A stretch of 63,856 nucleotides of DNA, the filler included, from an uncultured Myxococcia bacterium (lineage in GTDB: Bacteria; CAZTWC01): NCBI GenBank assembly GCA_964617105.1. It is 3 parts of 3 records of this genome, joined end to end, with 100 filler letters (N's around TTAATTAATTAA, not from the genome) between each part and the next. Parts side by side here need not be neighbours in the genome. Positions count along the whole stretch, not along the records: positions 1 to 24,223 come from CAZTWC010000022.1; 2 more parts are not named here. One strand, given 5' to 3'. Positions 1 through 9,166 of this stretch are shown one piece after another. Under the pieces are notes generated by a model, which made no database searches, was not told where the DNA came from, and saw only the letters and a list, made by a program, of their open reading frames with translations. The translations under genes and the position numbers were made by a program. Position 1 is the stretch's first letter; each line of letters opens with the position of its first letter.

Positions 1-1
1 C

Positions 2-208
2 CAAAAGAAATACCAGGTTTTTGGCGGCAATATGCGCTTTATCAACACCGGCACCTGGACCAAAATGGTCAACCTGGACCTGGGTGAAATCGGAGTAACC
101 GAAAGAATGAATTACGCTCTGATCGAATACGATGAAAAGGGACATCCCGATGTCTCTTTGATGCGCTGGCGAGGACAACTACAGGTGCTGGAACAGGTTA
201 TTCATTAG
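2..208 (+). CDS. C-terminal fragment of a metallophosphoesterase-like protein (5' end outside window)
   Basis: Open frame 2 read by hand: QKKYQVFGGNMRFINTGTWTKMVNLDLG...EQVIH*, TAG at 206-208. NTGTW is typical of the last motif of LpxH-like calcineurin-type phosphoesterases. Confidence 0.5.
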   Translation, partial: QKKYQVFGGNMRFINTGTWTKMVNLDLGEIGVTERMNYALIEYDEKGHPDVSLMRWRGQLQVLEQVIH

Positions 209-417
209 CAGTGTCCATCCGGACACCAGGTAGTTCCCACGAGAAACAACCCCCTCCACTCAATATCAGCTTGACTTGCCTTACCTATTAATATATTAAG
301 ATATTCTGGTTAGCATTTGATGATTTTTCTTTGATAAGGGGTTAACTCTTCAGATGAAAACTGTTCTAAAATAGGAACCAATAGCGCTCCTAAGCGAGCA
401 GAAAAGAGGTATATAGA

Positions 418-828
418 TTGGCCACTATAATAATCAATGAAAGGTGTTTTGACAAAAAATTTGTTCGAAAACTGGAGGAAATAAGCGGAACCAATTTCCA
501 CCAGTGCATGCAATGCGGCACCTGCTCAGGCGGCTGCCCCATGGTGGATGATATGGATGTTACGCCCAGGCGTTTGATGCTGTTGGCCCACATGGGCAGA
601 AAAGACTTACTGGACGTTGCCAAAACCGCCTGGTTGTGCGCATCCTGCCACAAATGCGAAGTTCGCTGTCCCAGGGGTATTGATATTCCCAAGACCATGG
701 AAGCAATTAGGCAGATAAAATTACGGGAAAATGAAAACTACATCGAACCCTTTGAAATTCCGACTGAAACAATTAAAGAGGCGCCCCAAATCGCCATGAT
801 CAGTTGTTTTAGAAAAATGACCTCGTAA
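418..828 (+). CDS. hdrC: Heterodisulfide reductase subunit C-like 2x[4Fe-4S] protein
   Basis: CMQCGTCSGGCP and WLCASCHKCEVRCPRGIDIPKTMEAIR; TTG start after AAGAGGT; directly upstream of hdrB. Confidence 0.9.
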   Translation: MATIIINERCFDKKFVRKLEEISGTNFHQCMQCGTCSGGCPMVDDMDVTPRRLMLLAHMGRKDLLDVAKTAWLCASCHKCEVRCPRGIDIPKTMEAIRQIKLRENENYIEPFEIPTETIKEAPQIAMISCFRKMTS

Positions 829-896
829 TTGTATTAAACTACTCCCCCGCTATAGAGGGAAGTTTTCTTTCATTAATAATAAAAGGATTTCACACC

Positions 897-1775
897 ATGA
901 AGGTAAGTTATTATCCAGGTTGTACCTTAAAGACAAAAGCAAAAAATCTCGACCTGCCGGCTCTCAAAGCCATGGCCGTACTGGGCGTGGAGATGGAAGA
1001 ATTGCCGCGCTGGAACTGCTGTGGCGCAGTTTATTCCCTGGCTGACGATGATTTGATTCACCAGATAGCACCTGTCCGGGATCTGGTGCGGGCCAAAGAA
1101 TCTGGTGCGGAACAACTCATCACTCTGTGCGCCATGTGCTACAACACCCTGGCCAGAGCCAACCAGTTGATGACCAACGATGAAGAAAAACGCCAGACTA
1201 TCAATACTTTTATGGAGGAGGAGATAGATTATACCGGTGAAGTTAAGGTCTATCACCTGCTGGAGTTTCTGAAAACCCAGGTGGGTTGGGAAAAATTGAC
1301 CGAAGCGGTTAAAAAACCCCTCAACGGTCTGCGAGTAGCCCCCTATTATGGCTGCACTCTGTTAAGACCCAAAGATATCTCCATTGACCAGAGAGTAGAC
1401 AGTCCCACCATTTTTCAAGAGTTTATTCAGGCTCTGGGCGGTGAGGTAGTAACTTACTCTGAGTCCACCTCCTGCTGCTCCTCTTTTCAAATTTTGAGCA
1501 ATAAAGAGGCTGCTCTCAAAGGGATTGGCACTATCATCTCTTCGGCCAACCAATCAGGAGCCGAGGTGATAATCTCCAGTTGCCCCCTGTGTGAATATAA
1601 CCTGGGCCGGAAGCAGACAGATGCGCTTCAGGCAGACCAGAGTTTGACCGAGATCCCCACCCTCTATTTCTCCCAAATTTTGGCTTTGGCCCTGGGGATA
1701 GATGGTGATGATATCAACCTGGAAATGAATATTCCGGCCAGCAAAGCGCTGCTGGAACAAAAAGGTTTACTGTAA
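897..1775 (+). CDS. hdrB: Heterodisulfide reductase subunit B-like CCG-domain protein
   Basis: MKVSYYPGC...WNCCGA...CAMC and APYYGC...CCSS...CPLCEYNL...IPTLYFSQILALALG: two CCG-type motifs. Confidence 0.92.
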   Translation: MKVSYYPGCTLKTKAKNLDLPALKAMAVLGVEMEELPRWNCCGAVYSLADDDLIHQIAPVRDLVRAKESGAEQLITLCAMCYNTLARANQLMTNDEEKRQTINTFMEEEIDYTGEVKVYHLLEFLKTQVGWEKLTEAVKKPLNGLRVAPYYGCTLLRPKDISIDQRVDSPTIFQEFIQALGGEVVTYSESTSCCSSFQILSNKEAALKGIGTIISSANQSGAEVIISSCPLCEYNLGRKQTDALQADQSLTEIPTLYFSQILALALGIDGDDINLEMNIPASKALLEQKGLL

Positions 1776-1851
1776 TATGAATAGGCCGGTTAATCGGTCT
1801 AATAAATTATATTTCTACTTTTATTAATTTGCCAATGCAAGTGAGGTGAAG

Positions 1852-2595
1852 ATGAGCGATGTAACAGATAAAGTAATGGCGGAGATAATTCCTGTCTACA
1901 TTATGGGGAAAAAATACGATGTCCCTGACTCCCTTACCATTATGAAGGCCATGGAATACGCGGGTTATAAATATGTTCGGGGATGTGGATGCCGGGGAGG
2001 TATCTGCGGAGCCTGCGCTACGGTTTACCGCAAACCTGGTGATTATCACATCCGGGTGGGATTGGCCTGCCAAACGGTAGTGGAACCCGACATGTACCTG
2101 ACCCAAATTCCCTTTTTCCCGGCCAACCGCTCGGTGTACGATTTTGAACAGATTACCGGCGATCCGGAACAAGTGTTTGAGGCCTATCCAGAGATGTTTC
2201 GCTGTGTGGCATGCAATGCCTGCACCAAAGTATGTCCTATGGATGTCCAGGTGATGGATTATATCTCCGCTATCAAGCGGGGTGATTTGCTGGATGCCTG
2301 CGAAATATCCTTTGACTGTATCCAATGCGGACTCTGCGCCACCCGCTGTATGGGTGAAATGCCCCAGTATCACATTGCCCAGATGGTACGCCGGATAGCC
2401 GGCTCCAAACTGAAACCCAGAGCCCAACACCTGAATACAATGATAGATAATATCAAAGATGAGCAATTCAATCCTGGTTTGGAAGAGTTAAAATCCATGG
2501 ATACCGATAACCTTAAAAAAGTTTATTCCGCCAGAGAACAGGAACCCCACATGGGCGCAGAAGATTGGCGGCCCCAGGATAATGCCCATCTCTAA
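1852..2595 (+). CDS. Succinate dehydrogenase/fumarate reductase-like iron-sulfur subunit ([2Fe-2S] + 2x[4Fe-4S])
   Basis: GCGCRGGICGAC...LACQT, CVACNACTKVCP, CIQCGLCATRC. ATG at 1852 follows GAGGTG (ORF track starts at GTG 1846). Confidence 0.8.
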   Translation: MSDVTDKVMAEIIPVYIMGKKYDVPDSLTIMKAMEYAGYKYVRGCGCRGGICGACATVYRKPGDYHIRVGLACQTVVEPDMYLTQIPFFPANRSVYDFEQITGDPEQVFEAYPEMFRCVACNACTKVCPMDVQVMDYISAIKRGDLLDACEISFDCIQCGLCATRCMGEMPQYHIAQMVRRIAGSKLKPRAQHLNTMIDNIKDEQFNPGLEELKSMDTDNLKKVYSAREQEPHMGAEDWRPQDNAHL

Positions 2596-2700
2596 GCAGT
2601 TGGGATTTAGCCTGTTTTAGTAGAAAAGCAAAATACCCCTCTCCGGCCTTTGCGCATGGCAAGCACGGGGAGAAAAAATTTAATATATAGGAGTTTAATC

Positions 2701-4371
2701 ATGCCGTACCCTGAAAGTTTAAAAGAATTGATTAAAGTGGTGGAAAAAACCCGGGCAGAAAGGGTAGAAAAAAAGAAAAAAGATGAAGAAGTTCCCTTTA
2801 TGAGTCTGGATGAACGGTCTGACATCTTAAAGTATCATCCCGATTTCAAAGAAGAGGGCCGGCGGGAAATTACGGTAGGCCCCAGCAAAGGTTACAAAAT
2901 AGCCCACGAGATGGTGGATCTTCTGGAAGCCAGGGCCAGAGTAAATCCCGACCTGGTGAATTTGAACAAAGTTGATTATGAAACCGATGTTTTGATTTTG
3001 GGTGGTGGTGGAGCCGGCACCGCTGCTGCTCTCACCGCTTTGCGCCATGGTTCCAAAGTATTGTTGGCCACCAAACTGCGCCATGGTGATGCAAACACCA
3101 TGATGGCTGAGGGTGGTATCCAGGCGGCCACCAAAGTGGGCAAAGATTCTCCCTACTATCATTATCTTGATGTAATAGGCGGCGGCCATTTTACCAATGT
3201 GCCCGAGTTGGTGGAAACCCTGGTTAATGAAGCCCCAGATGCTATAAGATGGCTTGAGGAATTAGGTTGTAATTTTTCCAAGTTCAAAGATGGAACCTTA
3301 AAAACCATCCACGGCGGTGGCACCAGTCGTAAACGGATGCATTACGCTGCCGATATCACCGGTGCAGAGATGATGAGAACCGTCAGGGACGAAGCCCGGA
3401 ACCATGCCGACAAGATTACGGTATTGGAGTTTTCTCCAGCCGTGGAGTTGATTCTCAACCAACATGGTGCCTGTAGCGGCGCAGTGTTATACAACATGGA
3501 AACCGAAGAGTATCTGGTAGTAAAAGCCAAGGCCGTGGTTATGGCTACGGGCGGAAGCGGCCGGCTACATATTCAAAATTTTATGACCACCAACCATTAC
3601 GGCGCTACTGCTGACGGCATAGTGATGGCCTACAGGGCTGGTGTTCCCGTATGTTTTCTGCATACAGTGCAATACCATCCCACCGGAGTGGTTTTCCCGG
3701 AGCAGGCCGAAGGAATCTTGATCACCGAGAAATTCCGCGGTTCCGGATCCAACCTGGTCAATATCGAGGGCAACCAGTTTGTTAACGAGAGAGAGCCCAG
3801 AGATGTTGAAGCCTCAGCCATTATCAGAGAATGCACCGAGCGGAGTCAGGGCGTTCCCACCCCCACCGGCAAAGTGGGTGTTTGGCTCGACTCCCCCATG
3901 ATCGATATGCTGGTCGGCGAAGGCACAGTGGAAAAAGAGTTCCCTGGAAAATTTATCCTTTACAAACGCTTTGGCATCAATATCGCCAAAGAGCCTATGT
4001 TGATTTTCCCAACTCTCCACTACCAAAACGGCGGGTTGGAGTTCAAACCCAATGGCGAAACCAAGATCCCCGGCCTCTTCTTGGGTGGAGAAGTTGGGGG
4101 TGGCACCCATGGCGAAAACCGGCTGATGGGCAACTCCCTGCTGGATATCATGGTGTTTGGACGAATCGCTGGCAACAGTGCTGGCAACTATGCCATGAAC
4201 AACTTTAAGGATGGTAAACTTTCCCTGGATCATGTAAACAAATATCACCAGGAGTTAGCAGACTCTGACGTAAAAACCGATCGGATTGCGCCCTTGATTA
4301 TTCCCGACTACACCCTGGAACATGTAAAAGAGAAACAACTCACCACCACCTACGAAGGCTCTATTAGATAA
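2701..4371 (+). CDS. SdhA/FrdA/TfrA-family flavoprotein (fumarate reductase-like)
   Basis: GGGGAG FAD motif, MMAEGGIQAA, ATGG, QYHPT, ITEKFRG, EPRDV, HYQNGG, HGENRLMGNSL. ATG at 2701 follows AGGAG. Confidence 0.85.
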   Translation: MPYPESLKELIKVVEKTRAERVEKKKKDEEVPFMSLDERSDILKYHPDFKEEGRREITVGPSKGYKIAHEMVDLLEARARVNPDLVNLNKVDYETDVLILGGGGAGTAAALTALRHGSKVLLATKLRHGDANTMMAEGGIQAATKVGKDSPYYHYLDVIGGGHFTNVPELVETLVNEAPDAIRWLEELGCNFSKFKDGTLKTIHGGGTSRKRMHYAADITGAEMMRTVRDEARNHADKITVLEFSPAVELILNQHGACSGAVLYNMETEEYLVVKAKAVVMATGGSGRLHIQNFMTTNHYGATADGIVMAYRAGVPVCFLHTVQYHPTGVVFPEQAEGILITEKFRGSGSNLVNIEGNQFVNEREPRDVEASAIIRECTERSQGVPTPTGKVGVWLDSPMIDMLVGEGTVEKEFPGKFILYKRFGINIAKEPMLIFPTLHYQNGGLEFKPNGETKIPGLFLGGEVGGGTHGENRLMGNSLLDIMVFGRIAGNSAGNYAMNNFKDGKLSLDHVNKYHQELADSDVKTDRIAPLIIPDYTLEHVKEKQLTTTYEGSIR

Positions 4372-4381
4372 GATTGGTGGC

Positions 4382-4413
4382 TCCAGTGCACCACCTTCTG
4401 GTGATGCACTGGA
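4382..4413. terminator. GC-rich hairpin between convergent genes (possible terminator or RNA-stabilising stem)
   Basis: TCCAGTGCA-C-CACC ttct GGTG-A-TGCACTGGA; no clear U-tract on either strand. Confidence 0.45.
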
Positions 4414-4430
4414 AGATCACAAAAAACAGG

Positions 4431-4967
4431 CTATTTCAACATTGCTAGCGCCTCTTTGGTGCCAATGTTCTTCAGAGCCCAGCGGGCAATCTCCGCTACC
4501 TCGGGATCGGGGTCATCAATATACCTGGCAATAAGGTAAGCGGCAGGAGTCAGCACCTGGGGATTTTTTGCCCCCATATGCCCGGCAGCCCACAACACCT
4601 TGGGTCGCAACTTCTCATCTCGATGATAGTTCATCAATACATCCAGAAAACTCTCGATATACTCGGGGCAGTTGTAACCGATCTCCCCTAAAATCTCCGG
4701 TGCTGCCTCTGGATTATGACCAGATTCATCGTTTAAAATCCAGACGAACCGGCTAATCAGGTCTTTGACCTTCTGGGGGTTCTTCCAACTGTATTTACCG
4801 GTCAGACGACCGATATATTTGGCTGCTTTTTTTTGCAGACTCCGATTCGCATCAAAACCGATGGAGATCAGGGTTCGCAAAAGTTTAAAGTCCTTCCCGG
4901 TTATCTCTTTTAACGGGTCTTTACCTTCCTTTAACACGGTGATTACAGTCTCTTTTATAGATGCCAT
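4431..4967 (-). CDS. HEAT/PBS-lyase-repeat protein, DVU0298-like
   Basis: RFVWILNDESG..APEILGEI and LWAAGHMG, DPDPEVAEIARWALKNIG repeats. Confidence 0.7.
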   Translation of the reverse strand: MASIKETVITVLKEGKDPLKEITGKDFKLLRTLISIGFDANRSLQKKAAKYIGRLTGKYSWKNPQKVKDLISRFVWILNDESGHNPEAAPEILGEIGYNCPEYIESFLDVLMNYHRDEKLRPKVLWAAGHMGAKNPQVLTPAAYLIARYIDDPDPEVAEIARWALKNIGTKEALAMLK

Positions 4968-5021
4968 AGTTCAATAATAAAATTTGATTCCAACCGAAGA
5001 CCCAAGGGCAGTAACACAGGG

Positions 5022-5060
5022 CAATTCTCGCAACAAAATGAATTTCCGGACGGAATATAG
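5022..5060. repeat. Remnant of a dispersed MITE-like repeat (terminus copy)
   Basis: CAATTCTCGCAACAAAATGAATTTCCGGACGGAATATAG closely matches 29670-29708 CAATTCTCGCGACCAGGTGAATTTCCGGACGGGTAGTAA. Confidence 0.6.
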
Positions 5061-5183
5061 ATTAAATGTTGATATCCAGTAATTGATAAATTATAATCTG
5101 ATTGAGAAAATAATTAAAGGGTAAAAACTAATTTTTTTTTTACCTCTAGTGCCCTGTCAATCAACAAATTTTGGAGTACACCT

Positions 5184-5372
5184 GTGAAAGAAAACAAACC
5201 AAGCGAACAACCAGGCTCTCTTCAGGGCGGCGGTTATGAGGCAGAAGATGTATTTGCCGGAGCAGAACCCTGGGTGGAAGCGGAAACCAAACTGGTGATG
5301 TGGTCATTTATCTCTGCCCTGGTAGGGTTGGTAATTTTTGCCACACTAATACATATATATATTTTACCTTAG
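5184..5372 (+). CDS. Small single-pass membrane protein, first gene of the exporter operon
   Basis: GTG start after GGAG; acidic N-terminus then a hydrophobic helix (LVMWSFISALVGLVIFATLIHIYIL). Confidence 0.7.
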   Translation: MKENKPSEQPGSLQGGGYEAEDVFAGAEPWVEAETKLVMWSFISALVGLVIFATLIHIYILP

Positions 5373-5391
5373 AAAACAGCGCTTACAAATT

Positions 5392-5637
5392 ATGATAGAG
5401 GTAATTATTAGTCACAACGGCCAAAATTGGCTGGTTTTTCACCAGCAATTTACTGCTGAAGCCTTAACCCTGGAAAAATTGGATGCTGAAGTTGAAAATA
5501 AACTCCGCCAATTGGGGATGTTAAAAAAAGGGGAGAAGCAGAAAGTTTTTATGGCCTTTGAAAATTCGGTTATTCCTCAATGGATACGGCAATATGCTCA
5601 ACATTACTTTAACCGGATTATTGAATTAAACGGCTAA
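5392..5637 (+). CDS. Small conserved hypothetical protein (DUF5395-like)
   Basis: HNGQNW...LEKLD...VFMAFENSVIPQWIRQYAQHYFNR resembles DUF5395 proteins seen beside YeiH-type exporters. Confidence 0.6.
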   Translation: MIEVIISHNGQNWLVFHQQFTAEALTLEKLDAEVENKLRQLGMLKKGEKQKVFMAFENSVIPQWIRQYAQHYFNRIIELNG

Positions 5638-5648
5638 GGAGCACTTAA

Positions 5649-7130
5649 ATGACAACTAATAGTCTGGCCAATAGAAAATGGTATTCTGGAATGCTCACAC
5701 AGGAGGACTGGTGGGCGGTGTGGATCGGAGTGTTTTTCTTTTTTTTAGGGCTGCTGTCGGTCACTGGAATTGACCTGGTGGGCTGGATTGCCTATCCATC
5801 CAAATGGGGCGGCGATATCAGTATTGCCAAAGCCATCAAGCCTCTGGGAAAAGATTACCAATTTCTGGGTCCCTTTGGCAGTATTGTGGTCACCTATATT
5901 CTTTTTACCGCAGCCACCTGTATTGGGGCCTTTTTTATGAGGTGGAAGGTTAAAAAATTCTTTTGGGGATGGACCTTTATTTTTATCGTAACCTATCTGC
6001 TATGGATCCTGGGCCACCACGCCTTTTTAGCCGCCAATGAAACTAACCGGGGAAATTATGGGCTATCCTACAGCCTCTCTTTGGGGGGCGGCGCTTCTTT
6101 TATTTTAGCCCTATCAGTGGGATTGATTATTGGAAATTTCTTTAAGAAAACCGCGGGTTTTTTAAGCGAAGCAGCCAAACCGGAATGGTTTATTAAGACC
6201 GCTATTGTGTTTTTGGGAGTTAAGGTGGGATACATGGCCATGAAAGCGGCTAATGTGGTTTTTGAACTTGCTATTACCGGTGCTGCGGCCACCATAGTGG
6301 CCTATCTTATCTTTTGGCCGGGCACCTATTTGATCTGCAGAAAACTGTTTTTATTGCCCCGAAAGATGTCGGCGGTGTTGAGTTCTGGCATCTCTATATG
6401 TGGAGTATCAGCGGCAGTGGCCACTGCTGGAGCGGTTCGGGCCAAACCGATAATCCCGGTAATGGTTTCCGCCTTGATTGTGGTCTATGCAGTTATTGAA
6501 CTGGTAATTCTACCGCCAATATTTACTTATACCATGATAGACGAACCTATTGTGGCTGGCGCCGCCATGGGGATGGCGGTTAAAACTGATGGCGCCGATG
6601 CGGCGGCCGGTGCGGTTATGGATGAGTTGATGCGGAACAAAAAAGAGAATATGGATGGCACCAAATGGGAAGAGGGGTGGATAACTACCAGCGCGGTTAT
6701 GACCAAAATCTGGATCGATATGTTTATTGGATTATGGGCTTTTGTTTTGGCCCTGGTATGGGTTTACAAAATTGAACGGAAAAAGGGGGAGCATGTTCCG
6801 GTGTCAGAGGTATGGCACCGGTTTCCAAAATTTGTTATTGGATATTTTTTCACCTGGTTTGTCTATCTGGGTATTTTATTTTTTGCTTCCCATTTAACCG
6901 AAGCCGCCAAAATCGGCGCCATCCCGGTGGAGAAGGGGATGAGGAAACTGTTTTTTATGCTTACCTTTTTAAGTATTGGAATTATTACCGATTTTAAAAA
7001 GTTGGCCGAAGCAAGATTTGGCAAGATGATCTTTGTCTATTTTATTGCCCTGTTTGTTTTTATTATCCCCATTGCGGTGATAGTGAGCTATATTTTTCAT
7101 CACGGCATGACAGTTCCCCTGGCCAAATAA
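5649..7130 (+). CDS. Putative sulfate exporter (YeiH/PSE) family transporter
   Basis: EDWWAVWIG, PEWFIKTAIV, SGISICGVSAAVATAGAV, RFPKFVIGY; many TM helices. Confidence 0.88.
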   Translation: MTTNSLANRKWYSGMLTQEDWWAVWIGVFFFFLGLLSVTGIDLVGWIAYPSKWGGDISIAKAIKPLGKDYQFLGPFGSIVVTYILFTAATCIGAFFMRWKVKKFFWGWTFIFIVTYLLWILGHHAFLAANETNRGNYGLSYSLSLGGGASFILALSVGLIIGNFFKKTAGFLSEAAKPEWFIKTAIVFLGVKVGYMAMKAANVVFELAITGAAATIVAYLIFWPGTYLICRKLFLLPRKMSAVLSSGISICGVSAAVATAGAVRAKPIIPVMVSALIVVYAVIELVILPPIFTYTMIDEPIVAGAAMGMAVKTDGADAAAGAVMDELMRNKKENMDGTKWEEGWITTSAVMTKIWIDMFIGLWAFVLALVWVYKIERKKGEHVPVSEVWHRFPKFVIGYFFTWFVYLGILFFASHLTEAAKIGAIPVEKGMRKLFFMLTFLSIGIITDFKKLAEARFGKMIFVYFIALFVFIIPIAVIVSYIFHHGMTVPLAK

Positions 7131-7269
7131 AGGCACAATTTATCCGGCACCACTACGATTGCTGAATGCGGGCATTGGTAATTTTATGTCATATTGATTT
7201 TAGCGCCTGATTATGCTATATCAAAATTATAAATTATGCTTTATGGCTACTATGAGGAGTAATTAAATA

Positions 7270-9120
7270 ATGTACGCTTTTATGGGTAAAATCCTGCTAG
7301 TTAATTTAACCGAAAAAACATATCAGACCATAGACAAAGATGATCACTTTTATCGCCAATATATGGGTGGTTCGCTACTGGCAGCCCAACTTTTTACTGA
7401 ACATTTTGAAGTGACTGAGGATGCTGGACCTTTTTCTTCAAAAAATCCGCTAATTTTTGCCACTGGACCCCTGGCTGGAGGGTCTGTATGTGGGGTGACC
7501 AGGGTAAATGTATTAACTATTTCCCCAGAAACTACCGGCATCTACCTTTCACAGGCAGGGGGAGAATTCGGGCCTGAGATGAAAAGGGCTGGCTTTGATG
7601 CAGTGGTTGTTATTGGCAAAGCATCTTCACCAGTCTATTTAAAAATAACCACTTTAAATCAAAAAACTTTTTGTGATTTTTTACCGGCGGATCATCTTTG
7701 GGGAAAGGATAGAGTTGAGGCCAATGAGATCCTCAAAAAAGATTTACCGGAAAAATACTCCATGGCTTCCATTGGTCCTGCTGGAGAGAAACTGGTAGCT
7801 CAAGCCAATATTATGTTCGAACTAGACCATTATGCCGGGCGAGGTGGTTTGGGAGCGGTTATGGGCGCTAAAAATCTAAAGGCAATTTGCCTTAAAGGAG
7901 ATCAGAAAATAGCCTTTAAGGACCCTAAAAAGATGATGGCCATAAATAAAGTTGGTGCTAAGCGATTTAAGGAGTCTGATCCGAATTCCTTTGGTAAAGT
8001 CCTTCGTAAAAACGGTACCTTTGGCCTTTTAGCTCTTAACCAGGATGCTGGTAACCTGCCAACTAAAAACTTTAAACATGCCCAGGTTGATTCAGAAGAA
8101 TATGAAAAAGAGATCAGCCATTCACATATTAGAGAGAAGTATGTGGGCAAATCTGTCCCTTGCAGGGCTTGTTACCTTGCTTGTAAAAAGCAGTACAAAC
8201 AGGATTCACCATGGTCTGATTACACTGTATGTGCTGAATATGAAAGCATTGCCCTGTTGGCGCCAAATATTGGCCTGGAGACAGATTTTGCCGAAGGTCT
8301 CAGGGCCTGCGAGATATGTAACCGCCTTGGAATAGACACCATGAGCGCCGGAGATATTGTCTCCTGGCTAATGGATTGTTTTGAAAACCAGGTTCTTACC
8401 GAGGAAAAAACCGGGTTTTCAATAAAGTTTGGTGATGGTCAAAAAGCTTGTGAACTGGTAGAAGATATTGCTCTAAGAAAGGGGCCCCTGGGCGATCTGT
8501 TAGCCTCTGGCATTGAAAAATCGCTCCTTAAACTTGGTGAAGCCACCAGGCCATATTTGCGTTTCTCAAAAGGTATAGGATTCCCAGCCCATATGCCAAG
8601 AAGGAAACCGGGGATCGGCTTTGGCTATCTTCATGGTCCCAATCCTGCTGATCATATGAAACTTGAGCATGACTGGATTGTATCGGAAAAAGAGATATTA
8701 AAGGGTTTAGGGCTCAATATCAGTTCAACTTTGGATACCCTGGACAAAAACAAGGTTGAAATTGCCAGGGCTACCCAATGCTACTATTCCATGGTGGATG
8801 TTTTGAGTTCGTGCATGTTCGTGTTTGGTCCTGGAAACATCTATACTTTTACAGAAATTACCGAGATGGTAAATGCCGCAACCGGTTTTGATTTGACCTT
8901 TAAAGAATTATTGGCACTTGGCGAGCGCAGTATTCAAATTCAGAGAAAAATTTACTGTGATTTAGGCGGCCAGGATGAAGAGTATCTCCCATATCTTAAA
9001 GAGAAGATTCCTGCCGGCGCTGGAGAAGGGTACCATATAACCGAAAAAGATTTTAAAGAGACCAGAGCACATTATTATTCCCTTTGGGGTTGGGATGAAA
9101 AAGGAGTACCCAAAGTGTAA
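7270..9120 (+). CDS. aor: Tungsten-type aldehyde:ferredoxin oxidoreductase family protein
   Basis: GKILLVNLT, SPETTG..SQAGG, AGFDAVV, SIGPAGE, GRGGLGAVMGAKNLKAI, CRACYLAC, EYESIA, GIDTMS, YYSLWGWDEKGVP. Confidence 0.9.
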   Translation: MYAFMGKILLVNLTEKTYQTIDKDDHFYRQYMGGSLLAAQLFTEHFEVTEDAGPFSSKNPLIFATGPLAGGSVCGVTRVNVLTISPETTGIYLSQAGGEFGPEMKRAGFDAVVVIGKASSPVYLKITTLNQKTFCDFLPADHLWGKDRVEANEILKKDLPEKYSMASIGPAGEKLVAQANIMFELDHYAGRGGLGAVMGAKNLKAICLKGDQKIAFKDPKKMMAINKVGAKRFKESDPNSFGKVLRKNGTFGLLALNQDAGNLPTKNFKHAQVDSEEYEKEISHSHIREKYVGKSVPCRACYLACKKQYKQDSPWSDYTVCAEYESIALLAPNIGLETDFAEGLRACEICNRLGIDTMSAGDIVSWLMDCFENQVLTEEKTGFSIKFGDGQKACELVEDIALRKGPLGDLLASGIEKSLLKLGEATRPYLRFSKGIGFPAHMPRRKPGIGFGYLHGPNPADHMKLEHDWIVSEKEILKGLGLNISSTLDTLDKNKVEIARATQCYYSMVDVLSSCMFVFGPGNIYTFTEITEMVNAATGFDLTFKELLALGERSIQIQRKIYCDLGGQDEEYLPYLKEKIPAGAGEGYHITEKDFKETRAHYYSLWGWDEKGVPKV

Positions 9121-9166
9121 TTGCCCTCTGGGATGACAATTTACTGTAATTATCAAAGGAGATATA

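Noticed and set aside
209-250. Small hairpin GTGTCC-ATCC-GGACAC and TAGTTCCCACGAGAA resembling the MITE terminus
   Set aside because: Too short and degenerate to assign to the repeat family with confidence.
418-1775. hdrBC and archaeal pheST as evidence of a methanogen or archaeal contig
   Set aside because: The same contigs carry tolC, mlaC, cpoB, rel and lptD, which are diderm bacterial genes.
1807-2466. 219-aa antisense ORF over the Fe-S subunit, and similar shadows (3814-4248, 55378-55935, 58240-58812)
   Set aside because: They lie opposite well-supported genes and show no family motifs.
418-9120. Selenocysteine or stop-codon readthrough in the redox genes
   Set aside because: The hdr, Fe-S, flavoprotein and AOR frames are uninterrupted and end at plausible positions; no in-frame TGA needs explaining.
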